Part shown: positions 1 to 10,952 of the stretch, piece after piece
How the letters are laid out: every line of letters begins with the position of its first letter
Numbering within the stretch: the stretch's first letter is position 1
The notes under the pieces: generated by a model
Told to the model about the DNA's origin: nothing
Database searches by the model: none
What the model saw: only the letters and a program-made list of their open reading frames with translations
DNA from: Opitutales bacterium
GTDB taxonomy: Bacteria > Verrucomicrobiota > Verrucomicrobiia > Opitutales > PNEW01
Length of the DNA stretch: 64,000 bases
NCBI GenBank assembly: GCA_965197745.1
Contig: CBDANS010000007.1
Coordinates: 896,001-960,000 of the forward strand
Direction: 5' to 3'
Translations under genes and position numbers: made by a program

Positions 1-1390
1 CGGTCATGTCCATTCCGTGCCTTCCTATATCTATTTGGGCAATGAGAAAGCTGATTACGGAGTCGAAAATCGTTTGGAGTTTCACAATAAAAATAGCGGT
101 ATTTCTCTTATTGCCGATCTGGATTTGGATGGATTTCCGGAAGTGGTTTTCAGTACTCCTGATGGAGTTCGTATCTACGAAGGGAGCAAGGAGGGGCCCA
201 GACTGGATCGATTTGTCGACTTATCAACTCATGGACATCACGCTGATATGGAGGTTGCTGATTTTAACCGCGACGGATACCTTGACTTGCTAGCCGTCGC
301 TTCTGGCGTCTCGGGTGAATACAAACCTTCACCCCTCTTTTATGGTTCGGCAAACGGATTTTCTGAATCAGGCAAGGATACCCTGAAATGTGCGGGAATC
401 CGATCGGTCATCGGTGATGTCAATAAAGATGGCTATCTTGACGTTTTATTCCACGATAAAGGAGACTTTATACTAATATATACAGGTGATTCTGAAGGCT
501 ACTCTGACGATCGTACGATCAAAGTGCCATGCCATGGTCTTTTAGATGCAGCAACACCTAATCTGGCCGACATCAATAATGACGGGTGGCTGGATCTTAT
601 TGTTGGCATTCTCGGTCATCGCTTGCGCTATAAAGACACCTTGCGAATTTTCTTCGGCGGTCCTGATGGCTATCAAACTGATAATGTGCAGGAATTGCTT
701 GCTGGCTATAGTGGCGGATTCACCGGGGTTGCAGATTATAACAATGATGGCGATCTCGACCTCTTGGCAACTTCCTATGCCAATCCCACCTCAAGGACAC
801 CACCGGTTCAATTATTTTATGGCAATGGTGAAACGCTGGACTTCGATAATCCCGTAGATCTTCCGGGTTATGCTGCCGGAGCGGTAACCCAGGTCGATTT
901 AGATCGTGACGGATGGATCGATATCATCCTTGGCTGCCATCGCAACGATATCGGGCACCAGGTTGATTCATTGATTTACTGGAATAGTCCCCAAGGGTTT
1001 TCACCTGGCCGGGTGACGGGCATACCCGGTTTGGGACCCCATGCGATGACCACCTTTGATCGTGGGAATTCTTATACCCGGGAACCGATAGAACATTATA
1101 TTTCCCCTTCCTATGAGATAGGAAATAAGCGGCCTCGCAGCATTCAATGGGTGGCTGAAGAGACGGAACTATTAAAATTGAAGTTTCAGCTTCGTTCGGC
1201 AGAGAGCGAAGAAAATTTGGCTGATGCGGCATGGATGGGACCGGAGGATGGGGATTCTTATTTTGAAATTTCAGGTGAAGCAATTGGTGATATTCCAAAG
1301 ACCGCCCGCTGGCTTCAGTATAAAGCCACTTTTGTTTCTCCTTACGCCTGTGGATCGCCCAAACTGAAGGAAGTCCGAATAGAATTGTAA
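1..1390 (+). CDS. FG-GAP/VCBS-repeat beta-propeller protein, 5' end truncated by window edge
   Basis: Repeated DxNxDGxxD motifs (ADFNRDGYLD, GDVNKDGYLD); C-terminus CGSPKLKEVRIEL; collinear with the C-terminal half of 32478-35354 and 45294-48155. Confidence 0.85.
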   Translation, partial: GHVHSVPSYIYLGNEKADYGVENRLEFHNKNSGISLIADLDLDGFPEVVFSTPDGVRIYEGSKEGPRLDRFVDLSTHGHHADMEVADFNRDGYLDLLAVASGVSGEYKPSPLFYGSANGFSESGKDTLKCAGIRSVIGDVNKDGYLDVLFHDKGDFILIYTGDSEGYSDDRTIKVPCHGLLDAATPNLADINNDGWLDLIVGILGHRLRYKDTLRIFFGGPDGYQTDNVQELLAGYSGGFTGVADYNNDGDLDLLATSYANPTSRTPPVQLFYGNGETLDFDNPVDLPGYAAGAVTQVDLDRDGWIDIILGCHRNDIGHQVDSLIYWNSPQGFSPGRVTGIPGLGPHAMTTFDRGNSYTREPIEHYISPSYEIGNKRPRSIQWVAEETELLKLKFQLRSAESEENLADAAWMGPEDGDSYFEISGEAIGDIPKTARWLQYKATFVSPYACGSPKLKEVRIEL

Positions 1391-1593
1391 TAACCGAAGG
1401 TGCTCTTTTACGCGGACTGAGAAAATGGATCGGAGAGGCCCGTTAATGGGTAAGGGGTATATAATAGGTGGATATTTAAAGGACAAATGCAGTAATCTTC
1501 GTCCCGCAACTCGAAGAGATATACGGAAAATTCTACATATTAATTCCCAGGCAGATCAATCTGAGATTATCGCTCAAACTTTCTTTCGGCTAG

Positions 1594-1645
1594 GACGACG
1601 CGTGGCCCTCCCGATTGTTCTCTTCCTGGAGGGCCACGCGTCGTC
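1594..1645. repeat. REP-like 18-bp perfect inverted repeat between convergent genes
   Basis: gacgacgcgtggccctcc (1594-1611) / ggagggccacgcgtcgtc (1628-1645); partial copy near 15232-15251. Confidence 0.75.
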
Positions 1646-1744
1646 GTGGCCGTAGTGAAACTATATTGTATGACAATGGGTCAAGTTACATCCTGGCGAG
1701 GGGGACAGTCCCATCGTCCTGTGTAACGAAGACTGGGGACGGGC

Positions 1745-3022
1745 TTAAGAGTAATATTCAATTGTAGTGCGTAATGCATCTACTTCCGCCTCAATTTTCT
1801 CCAGTGTCTGCATCCCCGTCTTTAAAAGATAAATATGCTTTTGAAATGATTCTACGTTAGGACACTCTCCTTCATGATATGCTTTAACTTCTCCCTTATA
1901 TCTTGGATCGAAGTGGGGCGATCGCTCGGGAGAACCGTAAAATGTCATAGTCTGGAAAATTGGTTCAAGATGTACCGGTGAACACATGCCGTAAAGACCG
2001 TCACCACCTAGTTCAATATACTTATTGCGGAAAGTATGCCAGTCCACACCCAGTGTTTCTTCATCGAGAATGAGAGGATAGGAAAAATAAGAGTGGACAA
2101 CTCCCTCTGGTACCACAGGAGGTATAAGCCAACTGCATTTTGTGTCTTCAATTACGGAATCATATTGGGATGCGATGTAACGACGCGCGGCGACGAGATA
2201 ATCAAGTCTTTCAAGTTGTCCCAGGCCAAGTGCTGCCTGCATTGATGACATGCGAAAATTATAGCCAAGACTATCGTGTCGTTTGAATCCCCAATCCTGG
2301 CGTTCATCGCGCGGGATCATGGTCTCTCCGGGCTTTGCCGCCAGGGTGCGATAACCCTGGACCGCAGCTTTACGGATTTTACCACCGTAATCTTTGTCTG
2401 AGGTGAGGACCATTCCGCCATCACCTGCCGTAGTCATATGTTTGGAGCCCTGAAAGCTGAAACTTGATGAGTGGCCTATGGTGCCGGCAATCCGGCCTTT
2501 ATAAATACCGAAGAAACATTGAGCGCTATCTTCAATGACGGTCAAATTATATTTCTCAGCCAATTCCAGGATAGGGTCCATATCAGCTGGTAATCCGAAA
2601 ATATGAACGGGAATGATAGCCTTGGTAAAGGGGGTGATTTTACGGGCGACGTCTGCCGGATCGATATTAAAGGTATGGGGGGCGCTATCGGCAAAAACCG
2701 GTACAGCTCCACATTGGATTGCGACAAAAGCGGTTGCAGCCATGGTGTTGGTTGGGACAATGACTTCATCACCCGGGCCAATACCGGCACCTAGCAAACA
2801 GGAGAGCAGTGTCCCTGAACCTGAATTATGTGAAATGGCGTAGGGGACGCCAAATTTTTCAGCAAAGGCAGACTCAAAGCGTTCAAGCATGTCAGCAGAT
2901 TCCCAATTTCCGAACCCGGCGTTGAGTACTTCTTCGACATAACGACAGTCAGCTTCGCCACATCGGTTAGCGGGTAAGTGGCTGAAAATTTCTTTCACAT
3001 CAAATTCTTTTAATTCAATCAT
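1745..3022 (-). CDS. DegT/DnrJ/EryC1/StrS family PLP-dependent aminotransferase
   Basis: IIPVHIFG, IEDSAQ, SFQGSKHM (PLP lysine), GYNFRMS. Confidence 0.9.
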   Translation of the reverse strand: MIELKEFDVKEIFSHLPANRCGEADCRYVEEVLNAGFGNWESADMLERFESAFAEKFGVPYAISHNSGSGTLLSCLLGAGIGPGDEVIVPTNTMAATAFVAIQCGAVPVFADSAPHTFNIDPADVARKITPFTKAIIPVHIFGLPADMDPILELAEKYNLTVIEDSAQCFFGIYKGRIAGTIGHSSSFSFQGSKHMTTAGDGGMVLTSDKDYGGKIRKAAVQGYRTLAAKPGETMIPRDERQDWGFKRHDSLGYNFRMSSMQAALGLGQLERLDYLVAARRYIASQYDSVIEDTKCSWLIPPVVPEGVVHSYFSYPLILDEETLGVDWHTFRNKYIELGGDGLYGMCSPVHLEPIFQTMTFYGSPERSPHFDPRYKGEVKAYHEGECPNVESFQKHIYLLKTGMQTLEKIEAEVDALRTTIEYYS

Positions 3023-3364
3023 AATTTTTCCTCCTGAATATATTGAAAGTATTAATTCATATAAATGCCAAGAAATATCTGGATAAATTGGATTAGTTGA
3101 ACGCTAAATCCGTCACCTTAAAACATACCACAGGTAATATTATATTTGGTGAATGGGTGTTTTTTTGCTCTGTTGACTATAAATATTTCATTTATCATAT
3201 TATAGCTTAAAATTCATTCCATAAAATTGATTTTACTCAGAGCCAGATTTCTCACATCATGTGTCTAATATTAGCATACCACCTATTTTATAGGTATGAA
3301 TATTGAATATTTCACAACATGCCAGAAGGCCAAAGTTAGTAAGTAATTTTAACACTTTAAAGCC

Positions 3365-3778
3365 ATCAAAAAGATATATATCATAGAAGACGACGCGATG
3401 ATTTGTGATATGATTGAAAGAATCATCAACACTTATTTCGCGGATCTTGAATTAGTGGGAAGCAGTCAAAACGGTCGAGATGTATTAACTTTAAGCCCGG
3501 ATAAACAACCTGATATTGCAATTGTCGATATAATGCTACAGGGGGAAAGCGGTTTAGATATATTACAGCCGCTGAAAAAAAAATACCCGAATGTTAAAAT
3601 TCTCGTCTACTCGGGGTATCTTTCTCTCGACGCCATCAGTATGGCTGTAGCGGGTAAAGCAGACGGTGTTCTTGATAAAGCAGAGGGGGTAGATTCATTG
3701 AAGATAGCTATTTCTTCCCTTGAGGCTGGAGGGTACTATTATAATCCAGATATTATTGAACAATTGCAAACGGCCTGA
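3365..3778 (+). CDS. Stand-alone NarL-type response regulator receiver; start uncertain (ORF track gives 3398)
   Basis: In-frame IKKIYIIEDD upstream of ATG 3398; PDIAIVDIML phospho-Asp; paralog of 17709-18158; no LuxR HTH. Confidence 0.75.
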   Translation: MKKIYIIEDDAMICDMIERIINTYFADLELVGSSQNGRDVLTLSPDKQPDIAIVDIMLQGESGLDILQPLKKKYPNVKILVYSGYLSLDAISMAVAGKADGVLDKAEGVDSLKIAISSLEAGGYYYNPDIIEQLQTA

Positions 3779-3926
3779 ATCTAGTATAGGAATAGGGTAG
3801 CATTAGGTGGAAAGTCGAAAAACCTGACAGTTTTTCAGTGCAGGTGTGAGGTAGGATTAATTGGTCAATGATTTCTAATTGAAACTCAGGTATTCTCTTT
3901 AAATATTTAACCTTTAACCGTAAGTT

Positions 3927-5093
3927 CTATTCAGAGTTCAGGTGGTAGCCTACTAATTCAGCTATAACCGCTGATGATTCTGCATAGCGGCTTCGATAGA
4001 TAATGAAATTGAAAATCCCCGTTTGAGGTCCTTCCTGAATAATTATATTCTTTAATTCTGCAGATTCTGTCCAATCCATACTACCATAGAGGTAGGCATA
4101 GGAGTATTTATTATCTATTAATTTAAATGAGTAGTGGGTATTTTCTGCATCAGTATACCCAAAATCATAGTAATCGTCTAATTGAATGACACCATTAATC
4201 AATATTTCCTTACTCAAGTAGGAGATCTGGTCTCTTTCAAGTTCACTTAATAATTTAACTTTTTCCCCTGATAAATTTTTATCTGCGCTTTCCGTCAGCG
4301 GATCTTCGACCGGTTTTTCGGCGGGTACATCGACCGGTTCATCGGCAGCTGCTCCGGTATCCTCTTCCACTGGCTTTTCGGGTAGCGCTTCAACCGGTTC
4401 TTCTTCAGAGGGTACATCCTTCAATAGTGATATCTCGTCTTCGAGTTCTTTCGCTTTTTGATTAAACCGCACAGCTTCTTTGTGATTCCCCTGCTTTTTA
4501 TATTGTTTCGCTGTTTTTCGATACCACCCGGCTGCTTCAGCGAAATCTATCGTCACTCCATTACCCTGGCGGTAGTAATCACCCAATGTCGATAGGGCGA
4601 ATAAATCACCTTCTTCTGCTGCTCGCTGGCACCATAGAATGGCTTTTCTGTAATGGCCATGCATTTTGAGATGGTTGGCAGCTTTAACTGTCCATTTTGC
4701 AGCTTCGCTGTAACTTTGGGGCAGACCATGCCCGTTACCGTAAAGTAACCCTAAATAATACTGTGCTTTTGGAAAATCCTGTTCAGCCGCTAAATAAAAC
4801 CAATTGGCTGCTTCTTTAACATCTTTATCGACGCCATCGCCTTTGGAATAAATCACACCTAGATTATATTGTGCTTTTATATGCCCCTCGCTTGCGGCAT
4901 TACGTAACCATTTCACAGCTTCCACCGGGTCTTTTTCCACGCCTTTACCTGAATAATATTTCATCCCTTGAAGATAATGCTTTTCCGTGGTGTTGGCTTC
5001 GGGTGATTGGCCCAGTGCTTCTCCCAAAGGATATAAGATAACGCCAGAAAGGATGATGATCAGAAAGAAAAAGTGATGATACTTTAAGGTCAT
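3927..5093 (-). CDS. Sel1-like repeat protein, secreted or membrane-anchored
   Basis: AQYNLGVIYSKGDGVDKD-type repeats; N-terminal hydrophobic segment; acidic Pro-rich linker. Confidence 0.85.
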   Translation of the reverse strand: MTLKYHHFFFLIIILSGVILYPLGEALGQSPEANTTEKHYLQGMKYYSGKGVEKDPVEAVKWLRNAASEGHIKAQYNLGVIYSKGDGVDKDVKEAANWFYLAAEQDFPKAQYYLGLLYGNGHGLPQSYSEAAKWTVKAANHLKMHGHYRKAILWCQRAAEEGDLFALSTLGDYYRQGNGVTIDFAEAAGWYRKTAKQYKKQGNHKEAVRFNQKAKELEDEISLLKDVPSEEEPVEALPEKPVEEDTGAAADEPVDVPAEKPVEDPLTESADKNLSGEKVKLLSELERDQISYLSKEILINGVIQLDDYYDFGYTDAENTHYSFKLIDNKYSYAYLYGSMDWTESAELKNIIIQEGPQTGIFNFIIYRSRYAESSAVIAELVGYHLNSE

Positions 5094-5301
5094 GGATAAA
5101 ATTTAGATAGCCAAAAAATATAAGCAATAGAATGATTACAGTAAATAATAAATTGTCATCCCCGGTCAGATTTCACCTGTATTAATTGAATCGAATGACT
5201 TTCGTTCTTTAGGCACTGATAACTACTGTCTTATCCTTGCGCTGAATAATTCTTGTCCATAAATTATACTTAAAGTAATCCGATTTATTAAAGGGGGAAC
5301 T

Positions 5302-7833
5302 ATGAAAAGAATATTATGTGCGGGGCTAATTCTATTTCAATATTTAATTCCAGGTAATGATCTAGACGCGAATCCAGAAGCTTTTGTCGTGGAGGTGGCG
5401 ACCCAGGATCAGCTTCCTGGGGGAAAAGAGGCCGATGGAATAATTGGCGATTTTATCATGCGTAATAATTTGATCGAAGCAGTCATTGCCCATAATGCGT
5501 ATTTACGTAAAGCCAATATGGCGACGAACTGGGAGGGAGCGACTCCCGGGTGTCTCTATGATTTGACCCTTAGAGGAACGAACAATGACCAGATAACAGT
5601 TTTCGCGCCTTCAATGCAGAAAGGCCCTGTCTCTTATGTGCGAATTGTAAACGATGGCAGCGAGGGTAATGCCATCGTCGAAACCGTTGTGTCGGCAGCA
5701 ATCAATAAAGGGCTGTTTAAACGGCATGAGTACCATTTACAGGACGACTGGCAGGGCCTCTATGTTATCACCACATTGCATAATAAATCATTAGAACCGA
5801 TCACTATAGAAACGGTAGATTATATAACCAACATACCACCCAAAACGGTTACTTTATCTAATTTAAAAACAGTTAGAGGGATAACGGTTGGAGACGCCAT
5901 TGATCCTCACCATAAAGCAGGGTATGCCTGTGGCTGGGTGGAACGAGAGGGAATGACCGCACCTTCTAAGAGTATTGAATTAGCACCGAATGAGGAGATA
6001 CGTTATGCGCGATTCCTAATGGTGGGGAATTCACCCGCTCAGGCATTTGGTCTTGTTGCCGAGCGTCAAGGGAGCGTGGGAATGGTTATGGGAACGCTTA
6101 AAGAAAAAGATGGAAACACTGCTCCATTTGCCAAGGTAGATGTAAAACTGGAAGACGAGACAATCACGGCCTACCCGGATAGTGAGGGAAAATATAGTTT
6201 TAAACTTCCGGAAGGAAAATACAACCTGACGGTTAAGGATCTTGGGCGTCCTTGGATAGAAAAGAAAATATCTGTTCGGGCCGGTAAAACAATAAAGGAA
6301 AACTTTGTTTTGAAACCAGCTTCAGCAATCCAATTTTCAATTCGTGGTGATGATGGGCTTAGCATTCCGTGCAAGGCACAGTTTATTGGCATTGAGGGGA
6401 CACCCTCGCCGAACCTGGGGCCCAGTAACCGCGCTCACGGTTGTTTGGACCAGTATCATTCGGAAAGCGGGGATTTCCGTGTGCAACTATCACCGGGTAA
6501 TTACCGTGTCATTGTTACTCATGGAATTGAATATACGTATTTTGAAAAAGTCGTAACCATTGAAGAGGGAAATACGACGCCGATTGAAGGCACCCTCGCA
6601 AGAATCGTTAATACCTCAGGTTGGATCAGTGCGGATTACCACAATCACTCCTCTCCGAGCGGTGATAATACTACGGGCACCGATGATAGAATTATAAACC
6701 TCGCTGCCGAACAGATCGAATTCGCTCCAACGACAGAGCATAACCGAATCTACGATTGGCGTCCGCACATTGAAAAACTTGGCCTGGAGGAAGCAATAAC
6801 AACCATTCCGGGGATGGAATTAACCGGGCCGGGACAACACTTAAACTCATTTCCCATTAAACCGGTCCCCTTTACCCAGGATGGTGGCGCGCCGGTATGG
6901 CAGACCGACCCACGAATTAATGCGATCGTCCTGCGTAATTATCGGGGTTTTAAACCCGAGCGCTGGGTGCATCTTAATCATCCTGACATGGTAAAAGACT
7001 TTAATGATGTGAATGGTGACGGTCATGCGGATGGAGGATATCAGGGGCTACAGGATTTAATTGATGCGGCCGAAACCTATGTGGGGAACACCAGAAATTA
7101 CAATATTTTCGCGCGAGCCCCTTTTCATATCGGGAATAATGATGCAGGTAAGGAGGAAGTTCACTATGACCGACAGTTTATCTGGCTACAGTTGCTCAAT
7201 CGCGGTCACCGCTATTGGAGTATCGCTGTTTCCGACGCGCATTCTGTGCACGGTAACGGTGTCGGCGGTTGGAGAATATATGTGCCGAGTTCAAGCGACC
7301 AACCTTCAAAACTTGATTGGAAAGAGCTCATAAGAAATTCCAAAGCGGGACAGATTCTCATGACCAACGGGCCATTTTTACAGGTTGAAACCGAAGATGG
7401 TGTGATCGCAGGCGGCACGACACGAGCTATGGGCTCCATAAAACTGAAGGTTAAAGTGCAGTGTACGGATTGGATCGATATTGACCGCATCCAGGTCCTT
7501 GTGAATAGCAGACAACGAAGTGATTTGAATTATACTCGGGAGAGCCACCCCCAGATGTTTCAGGATGGCATTGTAAAATTTGATCAAACCCTACACGTGC
7601 CCATCTCTGAAGACAGCCATTTGATTGTCATTGCCTACGGTGAGAATTCTAATTTAGAGAAAGGCTATGGAAGCAGTTGGCAGGCGGAAATGCATCCCTG
7701 CGCTTATATAAATCCGATTTTCGTCGACGCTGATGGTGGCGGGTTTACGCCCAATGGTGATACGCTTGATTTCCCTATCCCGACCAAAGGCTTATCTGTG
7801 GATGCCGCGAAAAAAATTCTCGAACGGTTGTAA
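5302..7833 (+). CDS. CehA/McbA family PHP-like metallohydrolase with carboxypeptidase-regulatory-like domains
   Basis: ADYHNHSSPSGD, TEHN, GMELT..HLN, NHP, SDAH metal-ligand motifs; signal peptide. Confidence 0.8.
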   Translation: MKRILCAGLILFQYLIPGNDLDANPEAFVVEVATQDQLPGGKEADGIIGDFIMRNNLIEAVIAHNAYLRKANMATNWEGATPGCLYDLTLRGTNNDQITVFAPSMQKGPVSYVRIVNDGSEGNAIVETVVSAAINKGLFKRHEYHLQDDWQGLYVITTLHNKSLEPITIETVDYITNIPPKTVTLSNLKTVRGITVGDAIDPHHKAGYACGWVEREGMTAPSKSIELAPNEEIRYARFLMVGNSPAQAFGLVAERQGSVGMVMGTLKEKDGNTAPFAKVDVKLEDETITAYPDSEGKYSFKLPEGKYNLTVKDLGRPWIEKKISVRAGKTIKENFVLKPASAIQFSIRGDDGLSIPCKAQFIGIEGTPSPNLGPSNRAHGCLDQYHSESGDFRVQLSPGNYRVIVTHGIEYTYFEKVVTIEEGNTTPIEGTLARIVNTSGWISADYHNHSSPSGDNTTGTDDRIINLAAEQIEFAPTTEHNRIYDWRPHIEKLGLEEAITTIPGMELTGPGQHLNSFPIKPVPFTQDGGAPVWQTDPRINAIVLRNYRGFKPERWVHLNHPDMVKDFNDVNGDGHADGGYQGLQDLIDAAETYVGNTRNYNIFARAPFHIGNNDAGKEEVHYDRQFIWLQLLNRGHRYWSIAVSDAHSVHGNGVGGWRIYVPSSSDQPSKLDWKELIRNSKAGQILMTNGPFLQVETEDGVIAGGTTRAMGSIKLKVKVQCTDWIDIDRIQVLVNSRQRSDLNYTRESHPQMFQDGIVKFDQTLHVPISEDSHLIVIAYGENSNLEKGYGSSWQAEMHPCAYINPIFVDADGGGFTPNGDTLDFPIPTKGLSVDAAKKILERL

Positions 7834-7845
7834 CCAGTGGGAGTT

Positions 7846-7931
7846 TTAAGTGTTAGGATTTAAGCTTAAGATAAATTCAAGAATTACTTCCATTTTTATC
7901 TAAAACTTAACACTTAAATCCTAACACTTAA
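7846..7931. terminator. 19-bp perfect inverted repeat between convergent genes; possible bidirectional terminator or repeat element
   Basis: ttaagtgttaggatttaag (7846-7864) / cttaaatcctaacacttaa (7913-7931). Confidence 0.55.
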
Positions 7932-7952
7932 CATTTTTCCATTGGAAAAATG

Positions 7953-8738
7953 TTAAACCGTAGCGCTTGACCCGCCGTCAATATTTATCGATGTGCCGGT
8001 TATGAATGCACCGCGATCAGAGACAAGGAAAGCTACGAGATCCGCAACCTCACTGGCTTCACCAAATCGTCCTAAAGGAATTTTTTTGCCCTCTTCAACA
8101 CACCAGTCTTCATAACTGAGCGGACTGTTTAATGACTGCCAAACGCGAACACCCTGGGCGGATTTGATATTTATCAGACAAACAGTATTAACACGAATTC
8201 CGTGTGGTGCCATGTCATGGGATAAAGCCTTGGTAAAGGCGATACCCGCAGCGCGAGTGACTGAGGTCGGCATTGTTTGAGCACCGGGCGCCTTTCCCAA
8301 GGGGTGTGTGATATTAATAATGCATCCGGTCCCTTTCTTTTTCATATGTGGAATCACTTTTCGCGCACATCGCACGGCAGACCAGAATTTAAGGTTAAAA
8401 TCTTCCTGCCATAGCTCTTCGGTTGTATCTTCGAATGGATAGCCCGCCGCCCTTCCCGCATTATTGATCAAAATGTCTACATCATCAAATTCTGTAATCA
8501 CCGCATTGAGAAACTTGATAATTTCCTGCTCAACAGTAACGTCAGCGGGGATCGCCAGTATTTGAGCGCCGGTATTCTTTCGTATTTCTTGGGCAGCATC
8601 ATTCAGCACTCCGGAGCGGCGTGCGCAGACAGCGACGCGACAACCTTCTTCAGCCAGCTTATTGGCAATCGCTTTGCCGATTCCTTCACTCCCTCCTGTT
8701 ATAACGGCAACCTTTCCGGTGAGATTAGTTTCTATCAT
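7953..8738 (-). CDS. SDR family oxidoreductase
   Basis: TGGSEGIG, NNAG, ITGTSINIDGG; atypical active site (no YxxxK). Confidence 0.9.
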   Translation of the reverse strand: MIETNLTGKVAVITGGSEGIGKAIANKLAEEGCRVAVCARRSGVLNDAAQEIRKNTGAQILAIPADVTVEQEIIKFLNAVITEFDDVDILINNAGRAAGYPFEDTTEELWQEDFNLKFWSAVRCARKVIPHMKKKGTGCIINITHPLGKAPGAQTMPTSVTRAAGIAFTKALSHDMAPHGIRVNTVCLINIKSAQGVRVWQSLNSPLSYEDWCVEEGKKIPLGRFGEASEVADLVAFLVSDRGAFITGTSINIDGGSSATV

Positions 8739-8785
8739 TTTTAAAAATATGTGGGTTCAATAAAACGGATTGGCGCATTGCGAAT

Positions 8786-9664
8786 CTATACTGGCATAGT
8801 CCTTTTTGTATAGGTCCTGCCTGTTTTTACCCCTGCTTCACGATCATAACAGTTCATCATCATCACTCCGTCATCGATTTTACTGGCAACGTCGTCAGTA
8901 TGGGCACCTTCCAGGAAGTTTATTCCTGCATTAAGGCAGGCGGATTTAACCTTATTGCGTGCGGCCCACATATCCGGCGAGTAGGGGGGGTCGTGGGCAT
9001 TGGGGTAACCTAGCGACATCCCCATGTCGCCCGGTCCCCATTCAGCAAAAATAAGGCCCGGTACCTTGGCCGTGGCCTCCGCCTTGGCGAGGGCGCGCTT
9101 ATTTTCAATTTTCAGCCCGAGCATAATTTCACCATTTGGATTTAAGGGCCAGGGGTCAGCCTTCTCCAGGTAGTCATTCGGGGAAATACCCCAGATATCC
9201 GCCGCTTTCGCTTGTCCCCCTGCTCCGCGTCGACCCGGTTCGTCACCCTCTTTTAAACCAGCCGTTTGGAAAGGAAAGCGACAGGATTGGACGAATGTTT
9301 GAACCGCTTCTGGGGATTCTGCGTGACACAAGAGTATGCCATGTACTCCCTGACACAGGGCTTGTTTGAACATCCACGCGTTCGCGCGAACGGCGGCTAC
9401 ACTGGAACCTTCGACAGGCAAGTCGATGCATACTGCTGGTGTGTGGTGACCGCTGGCTGTCGGACCGCCGTCGACCAGACCGCGCATGAAGGCTCCGAGT
9501 GCGACAATGTCAAAAGTATTGTGCTCCATACTCACTTGAATAGAGTCGGCAAAAGTTTTAGCTGAAGCTTTGCCGCCTTCGTAGCTTATATCTTGAGCGA
9601 CGGTATAATAAACCGGTTGACCCTGTTCCAGCAGCTCAATGACTTTATTGATACGTTTAGGCAT
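8786..9664 (-). CDS. HpcH/HpaI aldolase/citrate lyase family protein
   Basis: MEH, GRRGAG, KIEN, GPGDMGMSLG. Confidence 0.85.
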   Translation of the reverse strand: MPKRINKVIELLEQGQPVYYTVAQDISYEGGKASAKTFADSIQVSMEHNTFDIVALGAFMRGLVDGGPTASGHHTPAVCIDLPVEGSSVAAVRANAWMFKQALCQGVHGILLCHAESPEAVQTFVQSCRFPFQTAGLKEGDEPGRRGAGGQAKAADIWGISPNDYLEKADPWPLNPNGEIMLGLKIENKRALAKAEATAKVPGLIFAEWGPGDMGMSLGYPNAHDPPYSPDMWAARNKVKSACLNAGINFLEGAHTDDVASKIDDGVMMMNCYDREAGVKTGRTYTKRTMPV

Positions 9665-9713
9665 AATTTTTAATTTATCGATAGGAGATTAAATATTTTC
9701 ATTCTACATCTGT

Positions 9714-10574
9714 TTATTCACCGAAACGTTTAGCCAAGGCGTACTTATCTTCTACACCGATCAGCTCATTGAAAGCTTTAAAATTCATAAGGCGGTCTTC
9801 TTCCCCCAGGGTAGTTCCATCGTCGTAGAGCTTCTGGTAAATAATACGCATTACCTGGGCCGCTGAATACAGGCCTGCCAGGGGATAGAGAATGAGGTGA
9901 AATCCCATTTCAGCCAATTGCTCTTTCGGTAATACCGGCGTCTTTCCCCCTTCGATCATATTGGCGACATTCGGCGCGGGAGAACGCCGCCCGACCTCGG
10001 CCAGTTGTTCCAGGGAACCCGGGGCTTCGACAAAACTGGCATCCGCTCCCAATTCGCGGGCGCCTTCTACCCGGGCAATGGCTTCTTCCAGGTTTATGGC
10101 AGCTTCTGCGTCGGTGCGAGCCACGATAAAGAAATCCCGGTTGTTGCGTGCTTCAACCGCAGCTCGAATTTTGTCTAAATATTGCTCGCGCTCTATTACT
10201 TTCTTCCCGCGCATATGACCACACTTCTTTGGCCAGACCTGGTCTTCGAGGAAACAACCCGCGGCGCCTGCGGCAATTAGATCATTAATCGTGCGGTAGA
10301 CATTCAGCGGGTTTCCATAACCAGTATCCGCGTCTATAATAATAGGTATGGATACGCTTACGCAAATGTGGCGCGCGCGGTCTTTCATTTCTGTCTGTGT
10401 TAACAGTCCCATATCCGGTTCACCAATCTCCGAGGCTGACACTGAATAGCCGGAGACAAATCCCAAGGGAAATCCTACCTGCTCTGCGATTTTCGCTGAG
10501 AGTGCGTCGTAGACACCGGGAAAAGCAATGGAACCGACTTCATCGAGAATGCCTTGAATGCGATTTTTACTCAT
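9714..10574 (-). CDS. Isocitrate lyase/PEP mutase family enzyme (PrpB/CPEP-mutase-like)
   Basis: DADTGYG, EDQVWPKKCGH, ARTDA, ANMIEGGKTP. Confidence 0.9.
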   Translation of the reverse strand: MSKNRIQGILDEVGSIAFPGVYDALSAKIAEQVGFPLGFVSGYSVSASEIGEPDMGLLTQTEMKDRARHICVSVSIPIIIDADTGYGNPLNVYRTINDLIAAGAAGCFLEDQVWPKKCGHMRGKKVIEREQYLDKIRAAVEARNNRDFFIVARTDAEAAINLEEAIARVEGARELGADASFVEAPGSLEQLAEVGRRSPAPNVANMIEGGKTPVLPKEQLAEMGFHLILYPLAGLYSAAQVMRIIYQKLYDDGTTLGEEDRLMNFKAFNELIGVEDKYALAKRFGE

Positions 10575-10679
10575 GATATCCGGTTTAAGAGTGATTGCTT
10601 AATTCAATATTTACTAAAATTACCATCTCTTGAGAAAAACGGTCAAGTGTGTAGGTCAATACCCTTTTATTATTATACA

Positions 10680-10753
10680 CTTCGTCTTTGCTTGTCACGG
10701 CGTAGTCCCGCGGTCGCGGGACGAAGTACGGTTCTGCCTCCTCGTCTTCGTCC
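10680..10753 (+). repeat. REP-like dispersed repeat family A, copy 1
   Basis: cttcgtctttgcttgtcacggcgtagtcccgcggtcgcgggacgaag..., matching 15318-15390 (-) and 48673-48728 (+). Confidence 0.75.
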
Positions 10754-10952
10754 TCGATTGAAATAGCGATCAGCCGTCGCCCCGCAACCGCGGAGCAATG
10801 CCCGATAGGCAGGAGTGTGTCCCTCCAATCCCCGGCCGACCGGTGCTTATCTCTGAACGTTGAGTTCCTTTTGACTTTCGATGTATTGCATTTAGAATTT
10901 TTTTAATTAATTATTCTTGCTTACTTTATGCTCCCAAAAAATCTACAGAACC

